Position numbers and translations under genes: made by a program. From NCBI RefSeq assembly GCF_009914755.1, contig NC_060943.1: a stretch of 64,000 nt of DNA; one strand, given 5' to 3'. Below the pieces are notes generated by a model. It saw nothing but the letters and a program-made list of their open reading frames with translations. It was not told the DNA's origin and searched no databases. The stretch is from the human T2T-CHM13v2.0 reference genome, Homo sapiens. Below, in pieces: positions 38,401-52,000 of the stretch (its first letter is position 1; every line of letters begins with the position of its first letter).

Positions 38401-41400
38401 CACTCTGTTTGTAAAGTCTGCAAGTGGATATTCAGACCTCCTTGAGGCTTTCGTTGGAAACGGGATTTCTTCATATTCTGCTAGAAAGAAGAATTCTCAG
38501 TAACTTCCTTGTGTTGTGTGTATTCAACTCACAGAGTTGAACGATCCTTTACACAGAGCAGACTTGAAACACTCTTTTTGTGGAATTTGCAAGTGGAGAT
38601 TTCAGCCGCTTTGAGGTCAATGGTAGAATAGGAAATATCTTCCTATAGAAATTAGACAGAATGATTCTCAGAAACTCCTTTGTGATGTGTGCGTTCAACT
38701 CACAGAGTTTAACCTTTCTTTTCATAGAGCAGTTAGGAAACACTCTGTTTGTAAAGTCTGCAAGTGGATATTCAGACATCTTTGAGGCCTTCGTTGGAAA
38801 CGGGATTTCTTCATGTTCTGCTAGACAGAAGAATTCTCAGAAACTTCCTTGTGTTGTGTGTTTTCAACTCACAGAGTTGAACGATGCTTTACACAGAGTA
38901 GACTTGAAACACTCTTTTTGTGTAATTTGCAAGTGGAGATTTCAGCCGCTTTGAGGTCAATGGTAGAAAAGGAAATATCTTCGTATAAAAACTAGACAGA
39001 ATGATTCTCAGAAACTCCTTTGTGATGTGTGCGTTCAACTCACAGAGTTTAACCTTTCTTTTCATAGAGCAGTTAGGAAACACTCTGTTTGTAAAGTCTG
39101 CAAGTGGATATTCAGACCTCCTTGAGGCCTTCGTTGGAAACGGGATTTCTTCATATTATGCTAGACAGAAGAATTCTCAGTAACTTCCTTGTGTTGTGTG
39201 TATTCAACTCACAGAGTTGAACGATCCTTTACACAGAGCAGACTTGAAACACTCTTTTTGTGGAATTTGCAAGTGGAGATTTCAGCCGCTTTGAGGTCAA
39301 TGGTAGAATAGGAAATATCTTCCTATAGAAACTAGACAGAATGATTCTCAGAAACTCCTTTGTGATGTGTGCGTTCAACTCACACAGTTTAACCTTTCTT
39401 TTCATAGAGCAGTTAGGAAACACTCTGTTTGTAAAGTCTGCAAGTGGATATTCAGACCTCCTTGAGGCATTCGTTGGAAACGGGATTTCTTCATATTATG
39501 CTAGACAGAAGAATTCTCAGTAACTTCCTTGTGTTGTGTGTATTCAACTCACAGAGTTGAACGATCCTTTACACAGAGCAGACTTGAAACACTCTTTTTG
39601 TGGAATTTGCAAGTGGAGATTTCAGCCGCTTTGAGTTCAATGGTAGAATAGGAAATATCTTCCTATAGAAACTAGACAGAATGATTCTCAGAAACTCCTT
39701 TGTGATGTGTGCGTTCAACTCACAGAGTTCAACCTTTCTTTTCATAGAGCAGTTGGGAAACACTCTGTTTGTAAAGTCTGCAAGTGGATATTCAGACTTC
39801 TTTGAGGCCTTCGTTGGAAGCGGGATTTCTTCATGTTCAGCTAGACAGAAGAATTCTCAGAAACTTCCTTGTGTTGTGTGTTTTCAACTCACAGAGTTGA
39901 ACGATCCTTTACACAGAGCAGACTTGAAACACTCCTTTTGTGGAATTTGCAAGTGGAGATTTCAGCCGCTTTGAGGTCAATGGTAGAATAGGAAATATCT
40001 TCCTATAGAAACTAGACAGAATGATTCTCAGAAACTCCTTTGTGATGTGTGCGTTCAACTCACAGAGTTTAACCTTTCTTTTCATAGAGCAGTTAGGAAA
40101 CACTCTGTTTGTAAAGTCTGCAAGTGGATATTCAGACATCCTTGAGGCTTTCGTTGGAAACGGGATTTCTTCATATTCTGCTAGAAAGAAGAATTCTCAG
40201 TAACTTCCTTGTGTTGTGTGTATTCAACTCACAGAGTTGAACGATCCTTTACACAGAGCAGACTTGAAACACTCTTTTTGTGGAATTTGCAAGTGGAGAT
40301 TTCAGCCGCTTTGAGGTCAATGGTAGAATAGGAAATATCTTCCTATAGAAACTAGACAGAATGATTCTCAGAAACTCCTTTGTGATGTGTGCGTTCAACT
40401 CACAGAGTTTAACCTTTCTTTTCATAGAGCAGTTGGGAAACACTCTGTTTGTAAAGTCTGCAAGTGGATATTCAGACCTCCTTGAGGCTTTCGTTGGAAA
40501 CGGGATTTCTTCATATTCTGCTAGAAAGAAGAATTCTCAGTAACTTCCTTGTGTTGTGTGTATTCAACTCACAGAGTTGAACGATCCTTTACACAGAGCA
40601 GACTTGAAACACTCTTTTTGTGGAATTTGCAAGTGGAGATTTCAGCCGCTTTGAGGTCAATGGTAGAATAGGAAATATCTTCCTATAGAAACTAGACAGA
40701 ATGATTCTCAGAAACTCCTTTGTGATGTGTGCGTTCAACTCACAGAGTTTAACCTTTCTTTTCATAGAGCAGTTAGGAAACACTCTGTTTGTAAAGTCTG
40801 CAAGTGGATATTCAGACATCTTTGAGGCCTTCGTTGAAACGGGATTTCTTCATGTTCTGCTAGACAGAAGAATTCTCAGAAACTTCCTTGTGTTGTGTGT
40901 TTTCAACTCACAGAGTTGAACGATGCTTTACACAGAGTAGACTTGAAACACTCTTTTTGTGTAATTTGCAAGTGGAGATTTCAGCCGCTTTGAGGTCAAT
41001 GGTAGAAAAGGAAATATCTTCGTATAAAAACTAGACAGAATGATTCTCAGAAACTCCTTTGTGATGTGTGCGTTCAACTCACAGAGTTTAACCTTTCTTT
41101 TCATAGAGCAGTTAGGAATCACTCTGTTTGTAAAGTCTGCAAGTGGATATTCAGACCTCCTTGAGGCCTTCGTTGGAAACGGGATTTCTTCATATTATGC
41201 TAGACAGAAGAATTCTCAGTAACTTCCTTGTGTTGTGTGTATTCAACTCACAGAGTTGAACGATCCTTTACACAGAGCAGACTTGAAACACTCTTTTTGT
41301 GGAATTTGCAAGTGGAGATTTCAGCCGCTTTGAGGTCAATGGTAGAATAGGAAATATCTTCCTATAGAAACTAGACAGAATGATTCTCAGAAACTCCTTT

Positions 41401-44400
41401 GTGATGTGTGCGTTCAACTCACACAGTTTAACCTTTCTTTTCATAGAGCAGTTAGGAAACACTCTGTTTGTAAAGTCTGCAAGTGGATATTCAGACCTCC
41501 TTGAGGCATTCGTTGGAAACGGGATTTCTTCATATTATGCTAGACAGAAGAATTCTCAGTAACTTCCTTGTGTTGTGTGTATTCAACTCACAGAGTTGAA
41601 CGATCCTTTACACAGAGCAGACTTGAAACACTCTTTTTGTGGAATTTGCAAGTGGAGATTTCAGCCGCTTTGAGTTCAATGGTAGAATAGGAAATATCTT
41701 CCTATAGAAACTAGACAGAATGATTCTCAGAAACTCCTTTGTGATGTGTGCGTTCAACTCACAGAGTTCAACCTTTCTTTTCATAGAGCAGTTGGGAAAC
41801 ACTCTGTTTGTAAAGTCTGCAAGTGGATATTCAGACTTCTTTGAGGCCTTCGTTGGAAGCGGGATTTCTTCATGTTCAGCTAGACAGAAGAATTCTCATA
41901 AACTTCCTTGTGTTGTGTGTTTTCAACTCACAGAGTTGAACGATCCTTTACACAGAGCAGACTTGAAACACTCCTTTTGTGGAATTTGCAAGTGGAGATT
42001 TCAGCCGCTTTGAGGTCAATGGTAGAATAGGAAATATCTTCCTATAGAAACTAGACAGAATGATTCTCAGAAACTCCTTTGTGATGTGTGCGTTCAACTC
42101 ACAGAGTTTAACCTTTCTTTTCATAGAGCAGTTGGGAAACACTCTGTTTGTAAAGTCTGCAAGTGGATATTCAGACATCCTTGAGGCTTTCGTTGGAAAC
42201 GGGATTTCTTCATATTCTGCTAGAAAGAAGAATTCTCAGTAACTTCCTTGTGTTGTGTGTATTCAACTCACAGAGTTGAACGATCCTTTACACAGAGCAG
42301 ACTTGAAACACTCTTTTTGTGGAATTTGCAAGTGGAGATTTCAGCCGCTTTGAGTTCAATGGTAGAATAGGAAATATCTTCCTATAGAAACTAGACAGAA
42401 TGATTCTCAGAAACTCCTTTGTGATGTGTGCGTTCAACTCACAGAGTTCAACCTTTCTTTTCATAGAGCAGTTGGGAAACACTCTGTTTGTAAAGTCTGC
42501 AAGTGGATATTCAGACTTCTTTGAGGCCTTCGTTGGAAGCGGGATTTCTTCATGTTCAGCTAGACAGAAGAATTCTCAGAAACTTCCTTGTGTTGTGTGT
42601 TTTCAACTCACAGAGTTGAACGATCCTTTACACAGAGCAGACTTGAAACACTCCTTTTGTGGAATTTGCAAGTGGAGATTTCAGCCGCTTTGAGGTCAAT
42701 GGTAGAATAGGAAATATCTTCCTATAGAAACTAGACAGAATGATTCTCAGAAACTCCTTTGTGATGTGTGCGTTCAACTCACAGAGTTTAACCTTTCTTT
42801 TCATAGAGCAGTTAGGAAACACTCTGTTTGTAAAGTCTGCAAGTGGATATTCAGACATCCTTGAGGCTTTCGTTGGAAACGGGATTTCTTCATATTCTGC
42901 TAGAAAGAAGAATTCTCAGTAACTTCCTTGTGTTGTGTGTATTCAACTCACAGAGTTGAACGATCCTTTACACAGAGAAGACTTGAAACACTCTTTTTGT
43001 GGAATTTGCAAGTGGAGATTTCAGCCGCTTTGAGGTCAATGGTAGAATAGGAAATATCTTCCTATAGAAACTAGACAGAATGATTCTCAGAAACTCCTTT
43101 GTGATGTGTGCGTTCAACTCACAGAGTTTAACCTTTCTTTTCATAGAGCAGTTGGGAAACACTCTGTTTGTAAAGTCTGCAAGTGGATATTCAGACCTCC
43201 TTGAGGCTTTCGTTGGAAACGGGATTTCTTCATATTCTGCTAGAAAGAAGAATTCTCAGTAACTTCCTTGTGTTGTGTGTATTCAACTCACAGAGTTGAA
43301 CGATCCTTTACACAGAGCAGACTTGAAACACTCTTTTTGTGGAATTTGCAAGTGGAGATTTCAGCCGCTTTGAGGTCAATGGTAGAATAGGAAATATCTT
43401 CCTATAGAAACTAGACAGAATGATTCTCAGAAACTCCTTTGTGATGTGTGCGTTCAACTCACAGAGTTTAACCTTTCTTTTCATAGAGCAGTTAGGAAAC
43501 ACTCTGTTTGTAAAGTCTGCAAGTGGATATTCAGACATCTTTGAGGCCTTCGTTGGAAACGGGATTTCTTCATGTTCTGCTAGACAGAAGAATTCTCAGA
43601 AACTTCCTTGTGTTGTGTGTTTTCAACTCACAGAGTTGAACGATGCTTTACACAGAGTAGACTTGAAACACTCTTTTTGTGTAATTTGCAAGTGGAGATT
43701 TCAGCCGCTTTGAGGTCAATGGTAGAAAAGGAAATATCTTCGTATAAAAACTAGACAGAATGATTCTCAGAAACTCCTTTGTGATGTGTGCGTTCAACTC
43801 ACAGAGTTTAACCTTTCTTTTCATAGAGCAGTTAGGAAACACTCTGTTTGTAAAGTCTGCAAGTGGATATTCAGACCTCCTTGAGGCCTTCGTTGGAAAC
43901 GGGATTTCTTCATATTATGCTAGACAGAAGAATTCTCAGTAACTTCCTTGTGTTGTGTGTATTCAACTCACAGAGTTGAACGATCCTTTACACAGAGCAG
44001 ACTTGAAACACTCTTTTTGTGGAATTTGCAAGTGGAGATTTCAGCCGCTTTGAGGTCAATGGTAGAATAGGAAATATCTTCCTATAGAAACTAGACAGAA
44101 TGATTCTCAGAAACTCCTTTGTGATGTGTGCGTTCAACTCACACAGTTTAACCTTTCTTTTCATAGAGCAGTTAGGAAACACTCTGTTTGTAAAGTCTGC
44201 AAGTGGATATTCAGACCTCCTTGAGGCATTCGTTGGAAACGGGATTTCTTCATATTATGCTAGACAGAAGAATTCTCAGTAACTTCCTTGTGTTGTGTGT
44301 ATTCAACTCACAGAGTTGAACGATCCTTTACACAGAGCAGACTTGAAACACTCTTTTTGTGGAATTTGCAAGTGGAGATTTCAGCCGCTTTGAGTTCAAT

Positions 44401-47400
44401 GGTAGAATAGGAAATACCTTCCTATAGAAACTAGACAGAATGATTCTCAGAAACTCCTTTGTGATGTGTGCGTTCAACTCACAGAGTTCAACCTTTCTTT
44501 TCATAGAGCAGTTGGGAAACACTCTGTTTGTAAAGTCTGCAAGTGGATATTCAGACTTCTTTGAGGCCTTCGTTGGAAGCGGGATTTCTTCATGTTCAGC
44601 TAGACAGAAGAATTCTCAGAAACTTCCTTGTGTTGTGTGTTTTCAACTCACAGAGTTGAACGATCCTTTACACAGAGCAGACTTGAAACACTCCTTTTGT
44701 GGAATTTGCAAGTGGAGATTTCAGCCGCTTTGAGGTCAATGGTAGAATAGGAAATATCTTCCTATAGAAACTAGACAGAATGATTCTCAGAAACTCCTTT
44801 GTGATGTGTGCGTTCAACTCACAGAGTTTAACCTTTCTTTTCATAGAGCAGTTAGGAAACACTCTGTTTGTAAAGTCTGCAAGTGGATATTCAGACATCC
44901 TTGAGGCTTTCGTTGGAAACGGGATTTCTTCATATTCTGCTAGAAAGAAGAATTCTCAGTAACTTCCTTGTGTTGTGTGTATTCAACTCACAGAGTTGAA
45001 CGATCCTTTACACAGAGCAGACTTGAAACACTCTTTTTGTGGAATTTGCAAGTGGAGATTTCAGCCGCTTTGAGGTCAATGGTAGAATAGGAAATATCTT
45101 CCTATAGAAACTAGACAGAATGATTCTCAGAAACTCCTTTGTGATGTGTGCGTTCAACTCACAGAGTTTAACCTTTCTTTTCATAGAGCAGTTGGGAAAC
45201 ACTCTGTTTGTAAAGTCTGCAAGTGGATATTCAGACCTCCTTGAGGCTTTCGTTGGAAACGGGATTTCTTCATATTCTGCTAGAAAGAAGAATTCTCAGT
45301 AACTTCCTTGTGTTGTGTGTATTCAACTCACAGAGTTGAACGATCCTTTACACAGAGCAGACTTGAAACACTCTTTTTGTGGAATTTGCAAGTGGAGATT
45401 TCAGCCGCTTTGAGGTCAATGGTAGAATAGGAAATATCTTCCTATAGAAACTAGACAGAATGATTCTCAGAAACTCCTTTGTGATGTGTGCGTTCAACTC
45501 ACAGAGTTTAACCTTTCTTTTCATAGAGCAGTTAGGAAACACTCTGTTTGTAAAGTCTGCAAGTGGATATTCAGACATCTTTGAGGCCTTCGTTGGAAAC
45601 GGGATTTCTTCATGTTCTGCTAGACAGAAGAATTCTCAGAAACTTCCTTGTGTTGTGTGTTTTCAACTCACAGAGTTGAACGATGCTTTACACAGAGTAG
45701 ACTTGAAACACTCTTTTTGTGTAATTTGCAAGTGGAGATTTCAGCCGCTTTGAGGTCAATGGTAGAAAAGGAAATATCTTCGTATAAAAACAAGACAGAA
45801 TGATTCTCAGAAACTCCTTTGTGATGTGTGCGTTCAACTCACAGAGTTTAACCTTTCTTTTCATAGAGCAGTTAGGAAACACTCTGTTTGTAAAGTCTGC
45901 AAGTGGATATTCAGACCTCCTTGAGGCCTTCGTTGGAAACGGGATTTCTTCATATTATGCTAGACAGAAGAATTCTCAGTAACTTCCTTGTGTTGTGTGT
46001 ATTCAACTCACAGAGTTGAACGATCCTTTACACAGAGCAGACTTGAAACACTCTTTTTGTGGAATTTGCAAGTGGAGATTTCAGCCGCTTTGAGGTCAAT
46101 GGTAGAATAGGAAATATCTTCCTATAGAAACTAGACAGAATGATTCTCAGAAACTCCTTTGTGATGTGTGCGTTCAACTCACACAGTTTAACCTTTCTTT
46201 TCATAGAGCAGTTAGGAAACACTCTGTTTGTAAAGTCTGCAAGTGGATATTCAGACCTCCTTGAGGCATTCGTTGGAAACGGGATTTCTTCATATTATGC
46301 TAGACAGAAGAATTCTCAGTAACTTCCTTGTGTTGTGTGTATTCAACTCACAGAGTTGAACGATCCTTTACACAGAGCAGACTTGAAACACTCTTTTTGT
46401 GGAATTTGCAAGTGGAGATTTCAGCCGCTTTGAGTTCAATGGTAGAATAGGAAATATCTTCCTATAGAAACTAGACAGAATGATTCTCAGAAACTCCTTT
46501 GTGATGTGTGCGTTCAACTCACAGAGTTCAACCTTTCTTTTCATAGAGCAGTTGGGAAACACTCTGTTTGTAAAGTCTGCAAGTGGATATTCAGACTTCT
46601 TTGAGGCCTTCGTTGGAAGCGGGATTTCTTCATGTTCAGCTAGACAGAAGAATTCTCAGAAACTTCCTTGTGTTGTGTGTTTTCAACTCACAGAGTTGAA
46701 CGATCCTTTACACAGAGCAGACTTGAAACACTCCTTTTGTGGAATTTGCAAGTGGAGATTTCAGCCGCTTTGAGGTCAATGGTAGAACAGGAAATATCTT
46801 CCTATAGAAACTAGACAGAATGATTCTCAGAAACTCCTTTGTGATGTGTGCGTTCAACTCACAGAGTTTAACCTTTCTTTTCATAGAGCAGTTAGGAAAC
46901 ACTCTGTTTGTAAAGTCTGCAAGTGGATATTCAGACATCCTTGAGGCTTTCGTTGGAAACGGGATTTCTTCATATTCTGCTAGAAAGAAGAATTCTCAGT
47001 AACTTCCTTGTGTTGTGTGTATTCAACTCACAGAGTTGAACGATCCTTTACACAGAGCAGACTTGAAACACTCTTTTTGTGGAATTTGCAAGTGGAGATT
47101 TCAGCCGCTTTGAGGTCAATGGTAGAATAGGAAATATCTTCCTATAGAAACTAGACAGAATGATTCTCAGAAACTCCTTTGTGATGTGTGCGTTCAACTC
47201 ACAGAGTTTAACCTTTCTTTTCATAGAGCAGTTGGGAAACACTCTGTTTGTAAAGTCTGCAAGTGGATATTCAGACCTCCTTGAGGCTTTCGTTGGAAAC
47301 GGGATTTCTTCATATTCTGCTAGAAAGAAGAATTCTCAGTAACTTCCTTGTGTTGTGTGTATTCAACTCACAGAGTTGAACGATCCTTTACACAGAGCAG

Positions 47401-49031
47401 ACTTGAAACACTCTTTTTGTGGAATTTGCAAGTGGAGATTTCAGCCGCTTTGAGGTCAATGGTAGAATAGGAAATATCTTCCTATAGAAACTAGACAGAA
47501 TGATTCTCAGAAACTCCTTTGTGATGTGTGCGTTCAACTCACAGAGTTTAACCTTTCTTTTCATAGAGCAGTTAGGAAACACTCTGTTTGTAAAGTCTGC
47601 AAGTGGATATTCAGACATCTTTGAGGCCTTCGTTGGAAACGGGATTTCTTCATGTTCTGCTAGACAGAAGAATTCTCAGAAACTTCCTTGTGTTGTGTGT
47701 TTTCAACTCACAGAGTTGAACGATGCTTTACACAGAGTAGACTTGAAACACTCTTTTTGTGTAATTTGCAAGTGGAGATTTCAGCCGCTTTGAGGTCAAT
47801 GGTAGAAAAGGAAATATCTTCGTATAAAAACTAGACAGAATGATTCTCAGAAACTCCTTTGTGATGTGTGCGTTCAACTCACAGAGTTTAACCTTTCTTT
47901 TCATAGAGCAGTTAGGAAACACTCTGTTTGTAAAGTCTGCAAGTGGATATTCAGACCTCCTTGAGGCCTTCGTTGGAAACGGGATTTCTTCATATTATGC
48001 TAGACAGAAGAATTCTCAGTAACTTCCTTGTGTTGTGTGTATTCAACTCACAGAGTTGAACGATCCTTTACACAGAGCAGACTTGAAACACTCTTTTTGT
48101 GGAATTTGCAAGTGGAGATTTCAGCCGCTTTGAGGTCAATGGTAGAATAGGAAATATCTTCCTATAGAAACTAGACAGAATGATTCTCAGAAACTCCTTT
48201 GTGATGTGTGCGTTCAACTCACACAGTTTAACCTTTCTTTTCATAGAGCAGTTAGGAAACACTCTGTTTGTAAAGTCTGCAAGTGGATATTCAGACCTCC
48301 TTGAGGCATTCGTTGGAAACGGGATTTCTTCATATTATGCTAGACAGAAGAATTCTCAGTAACTTCCTTGTGTTGTGTGTATTCAACTCACAGAGTTGAA
48401 CGATCCTTTACACAGAGCAGACTTGAAACACTCTTTTTGTGGAATTTGCAAGTGGAGATTTCAGCCGCTTTGAGTTCAATGGTAGAATAGGAAATATCTT
48501 CCTATAGAAACTAGACAGAATGATTCTCAGAAACTCCTTTGTGATGTGTGCGTTCAACTCACAGAGTTCAACCTTTCTTTTCATAGAGCAGTTGGGAAAC
48601 ACTCTGTTTGTAAAGTCTGCAAGTGGATATTCAGACTTCTTTGAGGCCTTCGTTGGAAGCGGGATTTCTTCATGTTCAGCTAGACAGAAGAATTCTCATA
48701 AACTTCCTTGTGCTGTGTGTTTTCAACTCACAGAGTTGAACGATCCTTTACACAGAGCAGACTTGAAACACTCCTTTTGTGGAATTTGCAAGTGGAGATT
48801 TCAGCCGCTTTGAGGTCAATGGTAGAATAGGAAATATCTTCCTATAGAAACTAGACAGAATGATTCTCAGAAACTCCTTTGTGATGTGTGCGTTCAACTC
48901 ACAGAGTTTAACCTTTCTTTTCATAGAGCAGTTGGGAAACACTCTGTTTGTAAAGTCTGCAAGTGGATATTCAGACATCCTTGAGGCTTTCGTTGGAAAC
49001 GGGATTTCTTCATATTCTGCTAGAAAGAAGA
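35433..49031 (+). repeat. Tandem duplication of a 20-dimer (6.8-kb) segment within the 12-mer block
   Basis: Rare variants recur about 6800 bp apart: GAAATACCT 37618/44417, TCTCATAA 41899/48699, and GTTGGG in the following dimer (dimers at 42060/48860). The junction near 42300 breaks the higher-order phase. Confidence 0.82.
40829..40844 (+). promoter_or_regulatory. Mutated CENP-B box (1-bp G deletion)
   Basis: Reads CTTCGTTGAAACGGGA (16 bp). The array register shifts by 1 bp from here on (ORF starts 40701 to 41040 = 339 bp). Confidence 0.9.
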
Positions 49032-52000
49032 ATTCTCAGTAACTTCCTTGTGTTGTGTGTATTCAACTCACAGAGTTGAACGATCCTTTACACAGAGCAG
49101 ACTTGAAACACTCTTTTTGTGGAATTTGCAAGTGGAGATTTCAGCCGCTTTGAGGTCAATGGTAGAATAGGAAATATCTTCCTATAGAAACTAGACAGAA
49201 TGATTCTCAGAAACTCCTTTGTGATGTGTGCGTTCAACTCACAGAGTTTAACCTTTCTTTTCATAGAGCAGTTAGGAAACACTCTGTTTGTAAAGTCTGC
49301 AAGTGGATATTCAGACATCTTTGAGGCCTTCGTTGGAAACGGGATTTCTTCATGTTCTGCTAGACAGAAGAATTCTCAGAAACTTCCTTGTGTTGTGTGT
49401 TTTCAACTCACAGAGTTGAACGATGCTTTACACAGAGTAGACTTGAAACACTCTTTTTGTGTAATTTGCAAGTGGAGATTTCAGCCGCTTTGAGGTCAAT
49501 GGTAGAAAAGGAAATATCTTCGTATAAAAACTAGACAGAATGATTCTCAGAAACTCCTTTGTGATGTGTGCGTTCAACTCACAGAGTTTAACCTTTCTTT
49601 TCATAGAGCAGTTAGGAAACACTCTGTTTGTAAAGTCTGCAAGTGGATATTCAGACCTCCTTGAGGCCTTCGTTGGAAACGGGATTTCTTCATATTATGC
49701 TAGACAGAAGAATTCTCAGTAACTTCCTTGTGTTGTGTGTATTCAACTCACAGAGTTGAACGATCCTTTACACAGAGCAGACTTGAAACACTCTTTTTGT
49801 GGAATTTGCAAGTGGAGATTTCAGCCGCTTTGAGGTCAATGGTAGAATAGGAAATATCTTCCTATAGAAACTAGACAGAATGATTCTCAGAAACTCCTTT
49901 GTGATGTGTGCGTTCAACTCACACAGTTTAACCTTTCTTTTCATAGAGCAGTTAGGAAACACTCTGTTTGTAAAGTCTGCAAGTGGATATTCAGACCTCC
50001 TTGAGGCATTCGTTGGAAACGGGATTTCTTCATATTATGCTAGACAGAAGAATTCTCAGTAACTTCCTTGTGTTGTGTGTATTCAACTCACAGAGTTGAA
50101 CGATCCTTTACACAGAGCAGACTTGAAACACTCTTTTTGTGGAATTTGCAAGTGGAGATTTCAGCCGCTTTGAGTTCAATGGTAGAATAGGAAATATCTT
50201 CCTATAGAAACTAGACAGAATGATTCTCAGAAACTCCTTTGTGATGTGTGCGTTCAACTCACAGAGTTCAACCTTTCTTTTCATAGAGCAGTTGGGAAAC
50301 ACTCTGTTTGTAAAGTCTGCAAGTGGATATTCAGACTTCTTTGAGGCCTTCGTTGGAAGCGGGATTTCTTCATGTTCAGCTAGACAGAAGAATTCTCAGA
50401 AACTTCCTTGTGTTGTGTGTTTTCAACTCACAGAGTTGAACGATCCTTTACACAGAGCAGACTTGAAACACTCCTTTTGTGGAATTTGCAAGTGGAGATT
50501 TCAGCCGCTTTGAGGTCAATGGTAGAATAGGAAATATCTTCCTATAGAAACTAGACAGAATGATTCTCAGAAACTCCTTTGTGATGTGTGCGTTCAACTC
50601 ACAGAGTTTAACCTTTCTTTTCATAGAGCAGTTAGGAAACACTCTGTTTGTAAAGTCTGCAAGTGGATATTCAGACATCCTTGAGGCTTTCGTTGGAAAC
50701 GGGATTTCTTCATATTCTGCTAGAAAGAAGAATTCTCAGTAACTTCCTTGTGTTGTGTGTATTCAACTCACAGAGTTGAACGATCCTTTACACAGAGCAG
50801 ACTTGAAACACTCTTTTTGTGGAATTTGCAAGTGGAGATTTCAGCCGCTTTGAGGTCAATGGTAGAATAGGAAATATCTTCCTATAGAAACTAGACAGAA
50901 TGATTCTCAGAAACTCCTTTGTGATGTGTGCGTTCAACTCACAGAGTTTAACCTTTCTTTTCATAGAGCAGTTGGGAAACACTCTGTTTGTAAAGTCTGC
51001 AAGTGGATATTCAGACCTCCTTGAGGCTTTCGTTGGAAACGGGATTTCTTCATATTCTGCTAGAAAGAAGAATTCTCAGTAACTTCCTTGTGTTGTGTGT
51101 ATTCAACTCACAGAGTTGAACGATCCTTTACACAGAGCAGACTTGAAACACTCTTTTTGTGGAATTTGCAAGTGGAGATTTCAGCCGCTTTGAGGTCAAT
51201 GGTAGAATAGGAAATATCTTCCTATAGAAACTAGACAGAATGATTCTCAGAAACTCCTTTGTGATGTGTGCGTTCAACTCACAGAGTTTAACCTTTCTTT
51301 TCATAGAGCAGTTAGGAAACACTCTGTTTGTAAAGTCTGCAAGTGGATATTCAGACATCTTTGAGGCCTTCGTTGGAAACGGGATTTCTTCATGTTCTGC
51401 TAGACAGAAGAATTCTCAGAAACTTCCTTGTGTTGTGTGTTTTCAACTCACAGAGTTGAACGATGCTTTACACAGAGTAGACTTGAAACACTCTTTTTGT
51501 GTAATTTGCAAGTGGAGATTTCAGCCGCTTTGAGGTCAATGGTAGAAAAGGAAATATCTTCGTATAAAAACTAGACAGAATGATTCTCAGAAACTCCTTT
51601 GTGATGTGTGCGTTCAACTCACAGAGTTTAACCTTTCTTTTCATAGAGCAGTTAGGAAACACTCTGTTTGTAAAGTCTGCAAGTGGATATTCAGACCTCC
51701 TTGAGGCCTTCGTTGGAAACGGGATTTCTTCATATTATGCTAGACAGAAGAATTCTCAGTAACTTCCTTGTGTTGTGTGTATTCAACTCACAGAGTTGAA
51801 CGATCCTTTACACAGAGCAGACTTGAAACACTCTTTTTGTGGAATTTGCAAGTGGAGATTTCAGCCGCTTTGAGGTCAATGGTAGAATAGGAAATATCTT
51901 CCTATAGAAACTAGACAGAATGATTCTCAGAAACTCCTTTGTGATGTGTGCGTTCAACTCACACAGTTTAACCTTTCTTTTCATAGAGCAGTTAGGAAAC

